In this document: piece after piece, positions 9,901 to 18,693 of the stretch
Position numbering within the stretch: position 1 is the first letter of the stretch
Layout of the letters: the number at the start of each line of letters is the position of its first letter
Assembly: GCA_001779235.1 (NCBI GenBank)
Contig: MFJN01000034.1
Coordinates: forward strand, 11,202-55,530
Source: Candidatus Gottesmanbacteria bacterium RIFCSPHIGHO2_02_FULL_40_13
GTDB taxonomy: Bacteria; Patescibacteriota; Microgenomatia; 2-02-FULL-39-11
Length of the DNA stretch: 44,329 nt
Direction: 5' to 3'
Translations under genes and position numbers: made by a program
The notes under the pieces: generated by a model
What the model was told of the DNA's origin: nothing
What the model saw: the letters and a program-made list of their open reading frames with translations, nothing else
Database searches by the model: none

Positions 9901-10454
9901 CGCCGACGAATTGGCAGGTAGCGTCCACTCTTTCCAACGCTTTCAACTTTTCCTATTACTGGGAATCTTTGAAAAACAATCCTGATGTTGTTACTGTACC
10001 AAATACAACCACTATTCCTTCTTCTGATATAGTCGCAGACAAATCTATATATTATTATAATCAGGCGTTGATATCTTTGAATTCAAATCTTACTTTAATG
10101 CCGTCGGGTAATGTGGCAATATTCTTAATCTCAGGTTCACTGAATATTAAAAATAATTTTACAGTTACCCCGGACGAGTCAGTAGTGTTTGTGGTGAACG
10201 GTAATATTGAGGTGGACAGCAATGTGACCCGTGTCGACGGACTTTTTATCGACAGCGGAACATTTTCAGTTGCAACCGGCCCGGATCCGCTTGTCATCAA
10301 CGGAATGGTTTATACCGGGGAGATGAGTTTAAACAGGACTTACAAAAGTTTTTCCGCACCAACCTATAAATTTATCTACCAGCCGAAATACGTGATAGCA
10401 TTATTGCCGTATCTTGGCAGGCCGCAGATTAATTGGCAGGAGGGAGGACCATGA
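6909..10454 (+). CDS. Large secreted surface protein: Cys-rich N-terminus, several (Pro-Thr)n linkers, C-terminal beta-rich domain; pilus-locus associated
   Basis: Signal peptide from MKSRKP (6909; ORF track starts at 6891), many Cys in the first ~170 aa, PT repeats, and a C-terminal ISGSLNI/VNGNIEV/VINGMV pattern typical of CPR pilus-locus proteins. Confidence 0.85.
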   Translation: MKSRKPIQVLLLISIFISLGLIFLLNPPKTSAQSCGGYWNCCIGGLCCDPPQCTSYTCHSDFQDSCSGTTQSACEDTGSNSYPDCSENGYSRCDNDPSYEPGGGPGCTWDPGGGGGATNTPAGAWCTGGHEDCVGGDPGDSCGNGGTCQDNNSDHNCGCAGETVPTDTPTPTPTPICPSIGSVSPSSITSGTTVDIAVTYTDLSGGSNIDRGYLGFNGCTLDPGEAYNSNFERELANYMGMFYAASANWGGVGTNGTGGACSLGSYGDDPWGYFGGTTIGFDNANSNLTVNTVSTSVSGNNRTFTWNVTLQNNFPAGSYSYYGMVRDADNNYQGCGGARWTKLNSLQVITPTPTITPTRTPTPTRTPTPTITLTPTPTITLTPTRTPTPYVNAYFRNSAGLTVTANAGAYFWNGGNRVDPQFNISEYLHHANYSWHTEKGVGVDPAGSDIVIGITPSPLTGTLSNYTNGSEYWWRYLWPSWNTAEHSITFIIASPTPTPTPTRTPTPTITPTPTPTITLTPTVTPTVTPTPTLTPTPTFYNLYGWIYTETNNAVVRSEEASEGLLPGYTVDLTGDEERTTISQGSPIAGFLANYIFTPLYNGTYEVQMPITPTDSVLFPRYTNPKIAIIAGGDVIADFPFITITPYLSPTSTPTATPTSTPPPITPTPTSLWSPTPTVGSGTPTPTSYPCQTLPTPILNAPSHLLCTNIKPAFSAYVSNPNNDNVWAHFYSNYYETFSRTGSVVSPSGGNSIWTPDGSVLNTTGGYWWTAYTESSSCPRSFDAPANLLNMDYTPPPKPQAPVCTITDPNLYSGLCALHCEWEADPEPVPPTPTPPSCSDTGDYHPIFRSYGGPGVVDPPGWIGNVLFVDVEAEAGQELYASVEARDGLGNTSLPSDEAGPYTCEEIIFPVSPTPGGPTLTPTGSPPPTATLTPSITPVPSPEIWSQVFGGDVYEPSLLQSNLPSGKYYLDDISLLFPNSAGVLWSGSGAGDFGYGTSSPTNWQVASTLSNAFNFSYYWESLKNNPDVVTVPNTTTIPSSDIVADKSIYYYNQALISLNSNLTLMPSGNVAIFLISGSLNIKNNFTVTPDESVVFVVNGNIEVDSNVTRVDGLFIDSGTFSVATGPDPLVINGMVYTGEMSLNRTYKSFSAPTYKFIYQPKYVIALLPYLGRPQINWQEGGP
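7989..8464 (+). repeat. 62-bp direct repeat pair in the PT linkers (7989-8050 and 8403-8464)
   Basis: The two copies differ at one position and are 414 bp apart (in frame). Confidence 0.85.
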
Positions 10455-11365
10455 TTATGAAAATCCAAATTACTCCGCCAAAGGCGGATCAGCCTCTGGC
10501 TGAAAATTTCAAATTCCAAATAAACAGGAAGAATTATATAACCCGCGATAAATCAGCAGGTCAAATAGTATTGATACTGGTTCTAATTACCGTAGTTGGT
10601 TTGACTATCGGATTATCCCTGATTTCCAGGTCGGTGACCGACGTCAGAATATCATCGCAGATTGAAGAATCAAGCAGGGCCTTTTCAGCGGCAGAGGCAG
10701 GTGTGGAAAATGCCTTAAAGATCATTAATGTATTCCCGACTGACACGCCTCAATCCATCACCCTGGATAATGCTTCAGCAGAATACACAGTTTCCGATAT
10801 AGGAGGCAGCAACAGTCTTTACTCCTTCCCTGCGACCGAAGCCAATTCATCACAGATCCTCTGGCTGGTGAATCATGATTCTGACGGAGGCTTGGGTATA
10901 GCCTATTATTCTAAAACAGATTCACTGGATATTTGCTGGGGTATAGCCGGAAATAATGCAGCTATTGAGTTTAGCCTTTATTATAAAACCGGCTCAACAT
11001 ATAAAATCGCCAAGTCTGCTTATGATCCGGATATTTCCCGCGCCGGCAATAATAAATTTAACCCGGCTGATACAGATGGTAGTTACTGCGAAAGTATTTA
11101 TCCGTATAAACATACGATCAACTTTATTACTGATTTTGGAGTTTCGGAGGCTGATAATTTATTGGCTCTGCGAATGACACCGGTTTATGAGAATACTGCA
11201 ATAGGCGTCAAACCCACTGAGAATTTGCCCGTCCAGGGAAATCAAATAAATTCCGTGGGTAAAACCACTACGGGGGTAGTACGAAAAATTCAGGTGAACA
11301 AGACTTACAGTATCTTGCCGGGGTTATTGGACTTCGCTTTGTATTGCGAATCCAACTGCCAGTAA
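10451..11365 (+). CDS. PilX-like minor pilin
   Basis: Class III-like GQIVLILVLITVVGLTIGL and the PilX N-terminal motif S.RAFSAAEAGVE.AL. Start uncertain (10433, 10451 or 10457). Confidence 0.8.
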   Translation: MIMKIQITPPKADQPLAENFKFQINRKNYITRDKSAGQIVLILVLITVVGLTIGLSLISRSVTDVRISSQIEESSRAFSAAEAGVENALKIINVFPTDTPQSITLDNASAEYTVSDIGGSNSLYSFPATEANSSQILWLVNHDSDGGLGIAYYSKTDSLDICWGIAGNNAAIEFSLYYKTGSTYKIAKSAYDPDISRAGNNKFNPADTDGSYCESIYPYKHTINFITDFGVSEADNLLALRMTPVYENTAIGVKPTENLPVQGNQINSVGKTTTGVVRKIQVNKTYSILPGLLDFALYCESNCQ

Positions 11366-11455
11366 TATCATAAATATGAAACGTAAAAAACGCTTGACAA
11401 AAAGGCATAGATTTTCTAAGGTTAGTTATATGAATAAACCTCTTTATTAACCCCA

Positions 11456-11484
11456 TTGACAATTGTTTGCCGGATTAAGATACT
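11456..11484 (+). promoter_or_regulatory. sigma70-type promoter of pilMNO
   Basis: TTGACA-N17-GATACT in the AT-rich spacer upstream of pilM. Confidence 0.5.
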
Positions 11485-11512
11485 TAGTATATAAACTTAT
11501 TTTTACAATGGA

Positions 11513-12541
11513 ATGAGTAATATTTTAATTGGACTGGATATAGGGTCCAGTTCGATCAAAGCTGCCCAAATATCCAAAGACAAGGCCATTTCCACCCTGC
11601 TGGCGGCAGGTTATATTGCCACTCCGGTTAGGGACGTGACCAGTATGAATGAGCATGATGAGCAGGAACTGGCAAACAGCATCAACCATCTGGTTCATGA
11701 TATGAAAGTTTCCAACATTAATGTGTCTGCGTCGCTCCCCTCTTCCAAAGTTATCACCCGGATAGTGGAGATGCCCCTAATGGATGATAAGGAGCTTGCC
11801 TCAAGCATACAATGGGAAGCAGAGCAGTATATACCTTTTCCTTTAACCAAGGTGAAACTGGATTATGCCGTGGTAAGTGCTAATATTCAGACGAAAAAGA
11901 TGAATGTTCTGCTGGTTGCAGCTCAGATAAGCCTGATTGAGTCTTATATGCGTATTATTACGCTGGCAGGTCTAAATCCTATCGCGCTGGAAACTGAAAT
12001 CATGGCCATTGGCAGAAGCGTTGGTTTCAGTCTGCCTACCGTGTCTGATGTTTTGATTGTCTCTATAGGTGCAAATGCCACCGATATTGCTCTAATGCAT
12101 GACATGGTCTTAAGTTTTACAAAATCGTACCCGATTGGCGGAAATAATATGTCCCAGGCGATAGCTGAAGAGTTGGGGTTTGAGATTGCCCAGGCAGAAG
12201 AATATAAAAAAACTTACGGATTGGAGGAACATAAGCTTGAAGGAAAAATTGCCAAAATTATCTCGCCTTACATCAATAATCTTATTGAGGAGATGGAGAA
12301 AATAGTTGCCTTTTACAAAAAAACATTTGCGAGTTCGGAAATTTCGACGGTAGTCATCTCAGGAGCGGCCTCAAAACTGCCGGGATTGGTTCTGACAATC
12401 ACCAAAAATTTAGGCCTTGATTCCCAGTTGAGCAATCCTTTCATCAATTTAAGCGTTGATCCAAAAATTCTGCCTAAATTGACGGAAGAAGCGCCGTTAT
12501 ATACGACTTCCATCGGCCTTGCTTTAAAGGAAACAGATTAA
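11513..12541 (+). CDS. pilM: Type IV pilus assembly ATPase-like protein PilM
   Basis: IGLDIGSSSIK, WEAEQYIPF, AEEYKK, SIGLALK motifs. Confidence 0.93.
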   Translation: MSNILIGLDIGSSSIKAAQISKDKAISTLLAAGYIATPVRDVTSMNEHDEQELANSINHLVHDMKVSNINVSASLPSSKVITRIVEMPLMDDKELASSIQWEAEQYIPFPLTKVKLDYAVVSANIQTKKMNVLLVAAQISLIESYMRIITLAGLNPIALETEIMAIGRSVGFSLPTVSDVLIVSIGANATDIALMHDMVLSFTKSYPIGGNNMSQAIAEELGFEIAQAEEYKKTYGLEEHKLEGKIAKIISPYINNLIEEMEKIVAFYKKTFASSEISTVVISGAASKLPGLVLTITKNLGLDSQLSNPFINLSVDPKILPKLTEEAPLYTTSIGLALKETD

Positions 12542-12545
12542 TAAT

Positions 12546-13118
12546 ATGGTCAAAAAAAGTATCAATTTACTGATCGAGAAAGAATTGGATTCACTGCTGG
12601 TTGCCAAATTAAAACACTACCTGCCTGTTGCCGCAGCTGTCTGTTTTATACTTTTTATCATCCTTTTTATAGTATCGATCACCATTACGAAGAAAAATCT
12701 GGCCCAATATAATACTCTTAAAGAAGAGGTAAACAAAATCGAAAATAAAATAGATGAAAAGCAAAATCTTGAGGGAGTTTATACTCTCAGCTACAGCATT
12801 TTAAAAATCATAAATGAGATTACCGGTAATAAAGTAAATTTTACCCCGCTGCTCGCTTCGGTTATAAAAATAAACTCAGATGACCTGTCATTAACCAAGG
12901 CTATGTCTGATGACAAAGGCCTGGTAAATTTCAGCATCAGCGCTTCGTCATCGGCAGCCCTCAATAATTTGGTTTCTTTTCTTCATGAAAGGGAAGATAA
13001 GGATAAAATATTTTCCGCCATTTATGCCCACCGTGCCACCAGAAATACAGACGGAGGATATCAGATATCTGTTTCTTTCAAAGCAGACGAGTCGCTTTAT
13101 CATGAAAAAACCAATTAA
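12546..13118 (+). CDS. PilN-like protein
   Basis: N-terminal INLL motif, TM helix and coiled coil; directly after pilM. Confidence 0.75.
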   Translation: MVKKSINLLIEKELDSLLVAKLKHYLPVAAAVCFILFIILFIVSITITKKNLAQYNTLKEEVNKIENKIDEKQNLEGVYTLSYSILKIINEITGNKVNFTPLLASVIKINSDDLSLTKAMSDDKGLVNFSISASSSAALNNLVSFLHEREDKDKIFSAIYAHRATRNTDGGYQISVSFKADESLYHEKTN

Positions 13119-13830
13119 TTATTATCTTTATAAGTTAAAAAAATATGAAATTATCGGAGTTTCATCTTTGGTTATTTTATCAGTTCTGGCTTTATCATAT
13201 TATTTTCTCCTGCCGAATCTCCGTAAAGCGCAGGAAATATTTTCCCAGCAAAAACAGTTGAGGGCGCGTTTGACCATTCTGCGGAAAAAAGATGAACTGC
13301 TGTCCACGATCGACAGTAAAGTTTATCAGGAAAATATCAATAAACTGACCGGTATTTTACCCGGATCGAAAGATTATGTTTCTTTATTTAATACATTTGA
13401 CAACCTGCAGATTGAGAGCGGTGTGACCATTCTGAAAACTGATCTTCAGCTGGGAAGCATATCCACGCAGTCTGGCAAGTTGAAGAAAGATACTCTATCA
13501 TCAGCCTTCATCATACCTGTAAAAATTGATATTATCGGAAATATTGACCAGATAAATAACTTTATCAATTCTCTGGCTGATTTAACAAACCGGATTATCA
13601 CCGTGAATAACATTTCCTGGGGCAGCAGTGCAGACGGCTTATATAAGGTATCACTTGACGGCAACAGTTATTTCTATCCCCTGCCGTCAAAAATCGGCGG
13701 TATCGATTCACCACTCGTGGAAATCAATGAAAAACAGCAAAAAATTCTGGATACAATCGCCGCAATACCGGCCCAAAGAGTTGATGAGAGTGAGTTTGTC
13801 CCGCTCGGCAAGCCAAATTTATTTAACTAA
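13102..13830 (+). CDS. PilO-like protein
   Basis: TM helix, coiled coil, LP motif, FI..L....RII and terminal GK.N.F. Start MKKPINY chosen over 12985. Confidence 0.75.
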   Translation: MKKPINYYLYKLKKYEIIGVSSLVILSVLALSYYFLLPNLRKAQEIFSQQKQLRARLTILRKKDELLSTIDSKVYQENINKLTGILPGSKDYVSLFNTFDNLQIESGVTILKTDLQLGSISTQSGKLKKDTLSSAFIIPVKIDIIGNIDQINNFINSLADLTNRIITVNNISWGSSADGLYKVSLDGNSYFYPLPSKIGGIDSPLVEINEKQQKILDTIAAIPAQRVDESEFVPLGKPNLFN

Positions 13831-14472
13831 TCGGTGCGCCTTTTTCCAAAGGTTAATCTCCTGATGATTGCCTGACAGGAGCACGGAAGGTACTTTATAT
13901 TTATTATAGACTTTTGGCCTGGTATATTGCGGATCTTCGAAAAAATTATCTTCAGAATAGGATTCGTTAATAAGCGAGTCTTTATTCAAAACTCCTTTTA
14001 CTAATCGGCAAACAGCATCGCAGACTACCATGGCAGGAATCTCTCCCCCTGTTAAAATATAATTGCCTATGGATAAAGATTCATCAACAAAATGTTTGAT
14101 GCGTTCGTCAAATCCTTCATAATGGCCGGAGATGAGAATCAGGTGATCAAGGCGTGTGTACTTGCGGGCAAGAGCTTGCGTAAATTGCTTGCCTTTGGGA
14201 TCCAGTAAGATTTTTTTTTCCCTGATTTTAAATTCCTTGTTCTTAAGACTGACAGCTTTGATAGCCCTGTGTAAAATATCCACTCTCATTAACATCCCGG
14301 CCCCGCCTCCGTACGGTTTTCCGTCTACTGATTTGTATTTATCCTCAGCAAAATTTCTGATATCGACATACCTGATGTCTATCAGTTTTTTATGCCTTGC
14401 CCGTCCGATAATGGAAAGATCAAATATGGGGTGAAATACCGGGGGAAATAAAGTCAAAATTGTTATTTTCAC
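13819..14472 (-). CDS. trmD: tRNA (guanine-N1)-methyltransferase
   Basis: ILTLFP, PYGGGAGM, GHYEGFDER, SIGNYILTGGE, PQYTRP. GTG start at 14472 preferred. Confidence 0.96.
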   Translation of the reverse strand: MKITILTLFPPVFHPIFDLSIIGRARHKKLIDIRYVDIRNFAEDKYKSVDGKPYGGGAGMLMRVDILHRAIKAVSLKNKEFKIREKKILLDPKGKQFTQALARKYTRLDHLILISGHYEGFDERIKHFVDESLSIGNYILTGGEIPAMVVCDAVCRLVKGVLNKDSLINESYSEDNFFEDPQYTRPKVYNKYKVPSVLLSGNHQEINLWKKAHRLVK

Positions 14473-14533
14473 AACTGTCAGGGCGAACTCAAAAATAATA
14501 TCTGCATTTTGGATTCGCCACAAAGGGCCGCAA

Positions 14534-14551
14534 TCCCGATGTACATCGGGA
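14534..14551. repeat. Perfect palindrome TCCCGATGTACATCGGGA
   Basis: Seen directly; a related TCCCGATTTAATCGGGA occurs near 34945. Confidence 0.6.
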
Positions 14552-14559
14552 GCGAGCCC

Positions 14560-14790
14560 CTAGGATACATCAATACGAATCTGCTTATTATTTTTTGCCG
14601 CCCATATTTTGGCAATATTCCTGATTGCCTGTATGATTTTCCCCTGCTTACCGATAATTTTGCCTACATCATCTTTGTTGGCAGTGATCAGGTATTGGAT
14701 ATTCAGGTCATCAATTATCGTCTCCGTAACGACCAGATCCTCAGGTTTTTGAATGATTAAAGTGAGAATATATTCGAGTACTTGTTTCAT
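14560..14790 (-). CDS. KH-domain RNA-binding protein (KhpA/YlqC family)
   Basis: DVGKIIGKQGKIIQAIR; conserved position after rpsP. Confidence 0.92.
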   Translation of the reverse strand: MKQVLEYILTLIIQKPEDLVVTETIIDDLNIQYLITANKDDVGKIIGKQGKIIQAIRNIAKIWAAKNNKQIRIDVS

Positions 14791-15017
14791 GTGGTTAGTA
14801 ATTTTCGTACAGTCTCTGTCATTTGCGCTCCATTTTTAATCCATTTAGCAACCGCCTCTCTGTTTACTTTCAAGGTGAATGGCTGGGTTAAGGGATCATA
14901 ATATCCCAGATTTTCTAATGCTTTACCGGTCCTCTTTGTTTTTTGATCGGAAGCTACGATCCGGTAAAACGGCTTTGATATCCTACCCAGAAGCGTTAAT
15001 TTAATTTTTACTGCCAT
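14787..15017 (-). CDS. rpsP: 30S ribosomal protein S16
   Basis: MAVKIKL..G....PFYRIV...R.G..LE.LGYYDP...W..NGAQ.TETV. Confidence 0.96.
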   Translation of the reverse strand: MAVKIKLTLLGRISKPFYRIVASDQKTKRTGKALENLGYYDPLTQPFTLKVNREAVAKWIKNGAQMTETVRKLLTT

Positions 15018-15051
15018 AAATTTCCTTACATTCACGAGTTTCGCGTTATTC

Positions 15052-15107
15052 GTCATCCCGACCGAACCAGTCAGACTGGTGAGTGGAGGGATCTTCCACG
15101 AAATGAC
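15052..15107. repeat. GTCAT...ATGAC-family palindromic intergenic element
   Basis: GTCATCCCGACCGAACCAGTCAGACTGGTGAGTGGAGGGATCT...ATGAC; related to the elements at 6263 and 34793. Confidence 0.6.
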
Positions 15108-15122
15108 TAACTTACTATTATA

Positions 15123-15812
15123 TTATTTTTTGTTCCAATTCTCAAGTGCGCTTGTGGCAGCAGACTGTTCTGCCTCCTGTTTATTGTGTCCAGCGCCTGA
15201 CCCCCAAAGTTTGGAATTGACATATACTCCTATCGTAAACTCTTTGGCGTGGTCAGGCCCTGTTTCCTTAATTACCTGATAGAGAGGTGAATTTTTAGTA
15301 TTTTCCTGCACAATTTCCTGAAAGGTGCTTTTGGCATCCTTATAGGATTTGTCCTTAATAATTCCGGGTATCATGGGAAATATATGTTGTTCGATAATTT
15401 TTTTAGCTGCTTTAAGGCCCAAACCCAGGTATATTGCCCCGATTAAAGCTTCAAAAGTATCAGCCATAAGTGATGAGTTGTTTTTACCGCCGCTTTCTTC
15501 CTCGCCTTTGGACAGTTTCAGGAAATCTCCCAGGTGGAGTTTAGACGCGATTTTGGCTAGAGTGGAAGTCTTGACCAGCGATGAACGCAAATTGGTTAAA
15601 TATCCTTCACTGTACTGCGGATAAGAATTATAAAGAAAATCAGATACTACAAAAGATAAAACAGTATCCCCCAGAAATTCCAGACGCTCATTCGATTCTA
15701 TTTTATTTTTTGTTTCGTTTAAAAATGAACGGTGATTAAATGCCCTATCCAGGAGTTCTTCATGGGTAAATTTTATCTTGAGGATTTTTAAAAGATCATT
15801 GTACTTTACCAT
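15123..15812 (-). CDS. rnc: Ribonuclease III
   Basis: NERLEFLGD, ADTFEALIGAIY and a dsRBD with GPDHAKEF. Start 15812 avoids overlap with acp. Confidence 0.96.
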   Translation of the reverse strand: MVKYNDLLKILKIKFTHEELLDRAFNHRSFLNETKNKIESNERLEFLGDTVLSFVVSDFLYNSYPQYSEGYLTNLRSSLVKTSTLAKIASKLHLGDFLKLSKGEEESGGKNNSSLMADTFEALIGAIYLGLGLKAAKKIIEQHIFPMIPGIIKDKSYKDAKSTFQEIVQENTKNSPLYQVIKETGPDHAKEFTIGVYVNSKLWGSGAGHNKQEAEQSAATSALENWNKK

Positions 15813-15813
15813 A

Positions 15814-16059
15814 TCAAATTTCATCGCTGTACTGCTCAATAAAAATGATCAGATCGCCTACCGTCGTAATGGTGTGTATATCCAGATCATCAGGAATCTG
15901 AAAATTATATTCTTTTGAAAGAATTGATAAAGCGTCTATAACTTCGATGCTGGATAAATTCAGGTCGTCTGACAATTTCGATTCCAGGGTAATTGATTCC
16001 GGGTTAACTCCGAATTCATCGGATAATATTTTTTTTATGGCCTCAAAATTATCATGCAT
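15814..16059 (-). CDS. acpP: Acyl carrier protein-like
   Basis: Small acidic protein; DLNLSSIE aligns with DLGADSLD; TVGDL; canonical position upstream of rnc. Confidence 0.75.
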   Translation of the reverse strand: MHDNFEAIKKILSDEFGVNPESITLESKLSDDLNLSSIEVIDALSILSKEYNFQIPDDLDIHTITTVGDLIIFIEQYSDEI

Positions 16060-16417
16060 AATTTTTTTTAAGAAGATATCCCAAAACACCGTTTATAAAC
16101 ATGGGGCTAGCTTCACCCCCGTAAGCTTTTGCGAGCTCGACAGCTTCGTCTATGATAACTTTAACAGGCTCATGCCTTTCAATCAAGAGTTCATAAACTG
16201 ACAAACGCAATATAGCGAGGTCTATTTTGGCGATTTTATCCAGAGGAAACTGTTTGGCTGACCCCTGTATATTTTCGTCGATCCTGGCGAGATTATTTTG
16301 AATTTTAAGAAAATCTTTGTTGGCGGAAACAGCGGAACGCGATGAAAAACTTTCTGCAAAAAGCGCTTTCACAAGTTTTATTCTTTTACGGTGTCTGGGA
16401 TCGCTGGCTTTTTTCAT
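16052..16417 (-). CDS. nusB: Transcription antitermination factor NusB
   Basis: IDLAILRL, VIIDEAVELAK.YG, FINGVLG. Confidence 0.95.
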   Translation of the reverse strand: MKKASDPRHRKRIKLVKALFAESFSSRSAVSANKDFLKIQNNLARIDENIQGSAKQFPLDKIAKIDLAILRLSVYELLIERHEPVKVIIDEAVELAKAYGGEASPMFINGVLGYLLKKNYA

Positions 16418-16438
16418 AGATACGACTTCGCTCACTAT

Positions 16439-16461
16439 GGCCCTGAGCTTGCTGAAGGGTC
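16439..16461. repeat. CCCTGAGCTTG-CTGAAGGG-type small intergenic repeat
   Basis: GGCCCTGAGCTTGCTGAAGGGTC between rpmF and nusB. Confidence 0.4.
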
Positions 16462-16618
16462 ATTTATAAAAACCGCATTTCGGACAAATCCGGTGGGGCA
16501 CCTTAAGAGATTTGCATTTAGGACAGGTGTTAGGATTAGTCAATCGCACACGCATATTTTCATTCTCTCTCTTGCCTGATCTCCTGGTTGAGTGCCTTCT
16601 TTTGGGAAGCGGGGCCAT
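16460..16618 (-). CDS. rpmF: 50S ribosomal protein L32 (not in the ORF track)
   Basis: Manual translation: MAPLPKRRHSTRRSGKRENENMRVRLTNPNTCPKCKSLKVPHRICPKCGFYK*, with a C4 zinc ribbon. Confidence 0.95.
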   Translation of the reverse strand: MAPLPKRRHSTRRSGKRENENMRVRLTNPNTCPKCKSLKVPHRICPKCGFYK

Positions 16619-16638
16619 AATTATTTAGGTAAATATGA

Positions 16639-18687
16639 TTAATTCGGCGCGATATACATTATTTTAGCCTGTCTTAATTTATCCTGCAAGGGGGGAAAAT
16701 TTAAAAGGCTTTGGTCCTCAAAAACCGTTTCTACCGCGGTTTTAGAAGTCTTTATGAGATTTACATCTCCAAGATCGGCAATTTTAAACGGTACAAAACC
16801 GTGTTGCGCAGTACCGTACATTTCTCCGGGTCCCCGCAGGCGAAGATCATATTCAGCTAAAATTGGGCCTTTGTCAGATTTTTCCAGCAGTTTAAGCCGA
16901 TCTATTGTTTGAGAATTGGCATTATCCGAAAAAAGAAGGCAATATGACTGGTATCTTCCCCGCCCGACTCTTCCGCGCAGCTGATGAAGCTGAGCAAGGC
17001 CGAACCGTTCAGCTGCTTCAATCAGCATCACGACAGCATCAGGAAAATCAATGCCGACCTCTACGATAGGGGTGGCAACCAGGATATGTATTTGTTTATT
17101 CTCCATTTGAGACATGACCTTTTGGCGTTCTTTAGCGGAAAGTCTGGAGTGCAGGAGGCCCAGTTTCAACTGCGGGAACGCCTCCCGGGACAGCCTCTCA
17201 TATTCCTTTTTTACGGCCTTTACTGTTGTTAAAGTTTCAGATTCTTCGATAAAGGGGCAGATGATAAATGCCTGTTTTGTAATTTTGGCATAGTTTTCTT
17301 TAAATTTTAACAGCTCTTTAATCCAATTATAGGCAGAGGCTCTTTTATTTTCAGGTACAACCCAGGTTTTGATTTTTTTACGCCCGGTTGGCATTTCGTC
17401 GATAACTGATATATCCAGATCGGCAAAAACAGTGAGGGCAAGAGTTCTGGGTATAGGAGTGGCTGTCAGGCTCAAGAGGTGCGGTTTATCGCCTTTCTGA
17501 CGAAATTTCGTTCTCTGGGTTACCCCGAATCTCTGCTGTTCGTCGATGACAGCCAAAGCCAGATTTTTCAGCTCAATTTTATCGGCAATAAGCGCATGAG
17601 TACCTACATATATATCAGTATTCTCAGTGTCCGGGTGATTTTCGGCGGTTATCAGAGAAATTTTTATCTGATAAGGACTTAAAATATTTTTCATAGTCCG
17701 GAAGTGCTGTTTGGCAAGTATTTCGGTCGGGGCCATCAGAGCCGACTTAAATCCGTTTAAAAACACCACATACATAGCAATGGCTGCAACAACTGTCTTA
17801 CCCGATCCGACGTCTCCTTCCAATAGTCTATTCATCGGATACGGTTCAGCTATGTCTTCGAGAATCTCCTGCAGTGATTTTTCCTGGGAATGGGTTAAGG
17901 TAAAAGGAAGGCTGCTGATGAAGCCGTGAATTTTGGGGTTAAATTCTTCATTTCTGATTCTAAACTTAGTGAATTCTTTTTTATTTTTTAACTTATTTAG
18001 TTTGCTATGCATTTGGAACAAAAACATTTCATCAAAGGAAAGGCGTTTCCGCGCATCTTCTACATCAGTCAAATTCTTCGGGAAATGAATATTAAAAAGA
18101 GCAGATTTTAAAGGAGGCAAATGATAATCCGCCAAAAGGCGCGCAGGCAAATAGTCCCTGATTTCAGATAAGAAATTCGTCAGAAGAGAATAGGTCCTTG
18201 ATCTTATCCATTTTGATGACAGCCCCCGTGTTTCAGGGTAAATCGGAGCCAGACGGCCGGTATGTATCAAGGACTTTTGAGATGTAACAAGTTCATATTC
18301 AGGCGACTCCAGCATCAATTTGAAGCCGTAGATACTGGTATTCCCGGCAAGGCTGACTGCCGAGCCGGCCTTTAATATCCGGGTCAGAAAGGGTTGGTTG
18401 TACCAGATGACATCTATGGAATCTGTCTCATCGGAAAGCCGTGCTTTTTGAATTTTCTTGCCGGATTTGGTAAAGGAATTGGAAATTTTAGTTATGGTTC
18501 CGATGACCGTAACTCTCTCCCCGGGTTGAAGCCGGTTGATTTTGGAAATTACAGTGTAATTTTCGTAGCGTGAAGGAAGATGATATATCAGGTCTTCAAT
18601 GGTATAGATTGAGAGTTTATTTAATTTGGCGGCGTAAACATTGCCTATCATCCTTAAGGATGAGATGTTTGATGTGAGAGTGAGCAT
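16639..18687 (-). CDS. recG: ATP-dependent DNA helicase RecG
   Basis: MNRLLEGDVGSGKT, IDEQQRFG, TATPIPRTL, QLHQLRGRVGRG, DLRLRGPGE. Confidence 0.96.
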   Translation of the reverse strand: MLTLTSNISSLRMIGNVYAAKLNKLSIYTIEDLIYHLPSRYENYTVISKINRLQPGERVTVIGTITKISNSFTKSGKKIQKARLSDETDSIDVIWYNQPFLTRILKAGSAVSLAGNTSIYGFKLMLESPEYELVTSQKSLIHTGRLAPIYPETRGLSSKWIRSRTYSLLTNFLSEIRDYLPARLLADYHLPPLKSALFNIHFPKNLTDVEDARKRLSFDEMFLFQMHSKLNKLKNKKEFTKFRIRNEEFNPKIHGFISSLPFTLTHSQEKSLQEILEDIAEPYPMNRLLEGDVGSGKTVVAAIAMYVVFLNGFKSALMAPTEILAKQHFRTMKNILSPYQIKISLITAENHPDTENTDIYVGTHALIADKIELKNLALAVIDEQQRFGVTQRTKFRQKGDKPHLLSLTATPIPRTLALTVFADLDISVIDEMPTGRKKIKTWVVPENKRASAYNWIKELLKFKENYAKITKQAFIICPFIEESETLTTVKAVKKEYERLSREAFPQLKLGLLHSRLSAKERQKVMSQMENKQIHILVATPIVEVGIDFPDAVVMLIEAAERFGLAQLHQLRGRVGRGRYQSYCLLFSDNANSQTIDRLKLLEKSDKGPILAEYDLRLRGPGEMYGTAQHGFVPFKIADLGDVNLIKTSKTAVETVFEDQSLLNFPPLQDKLRQAKIMYIAPN

Positions 18688-18693
18688 ATTAAC

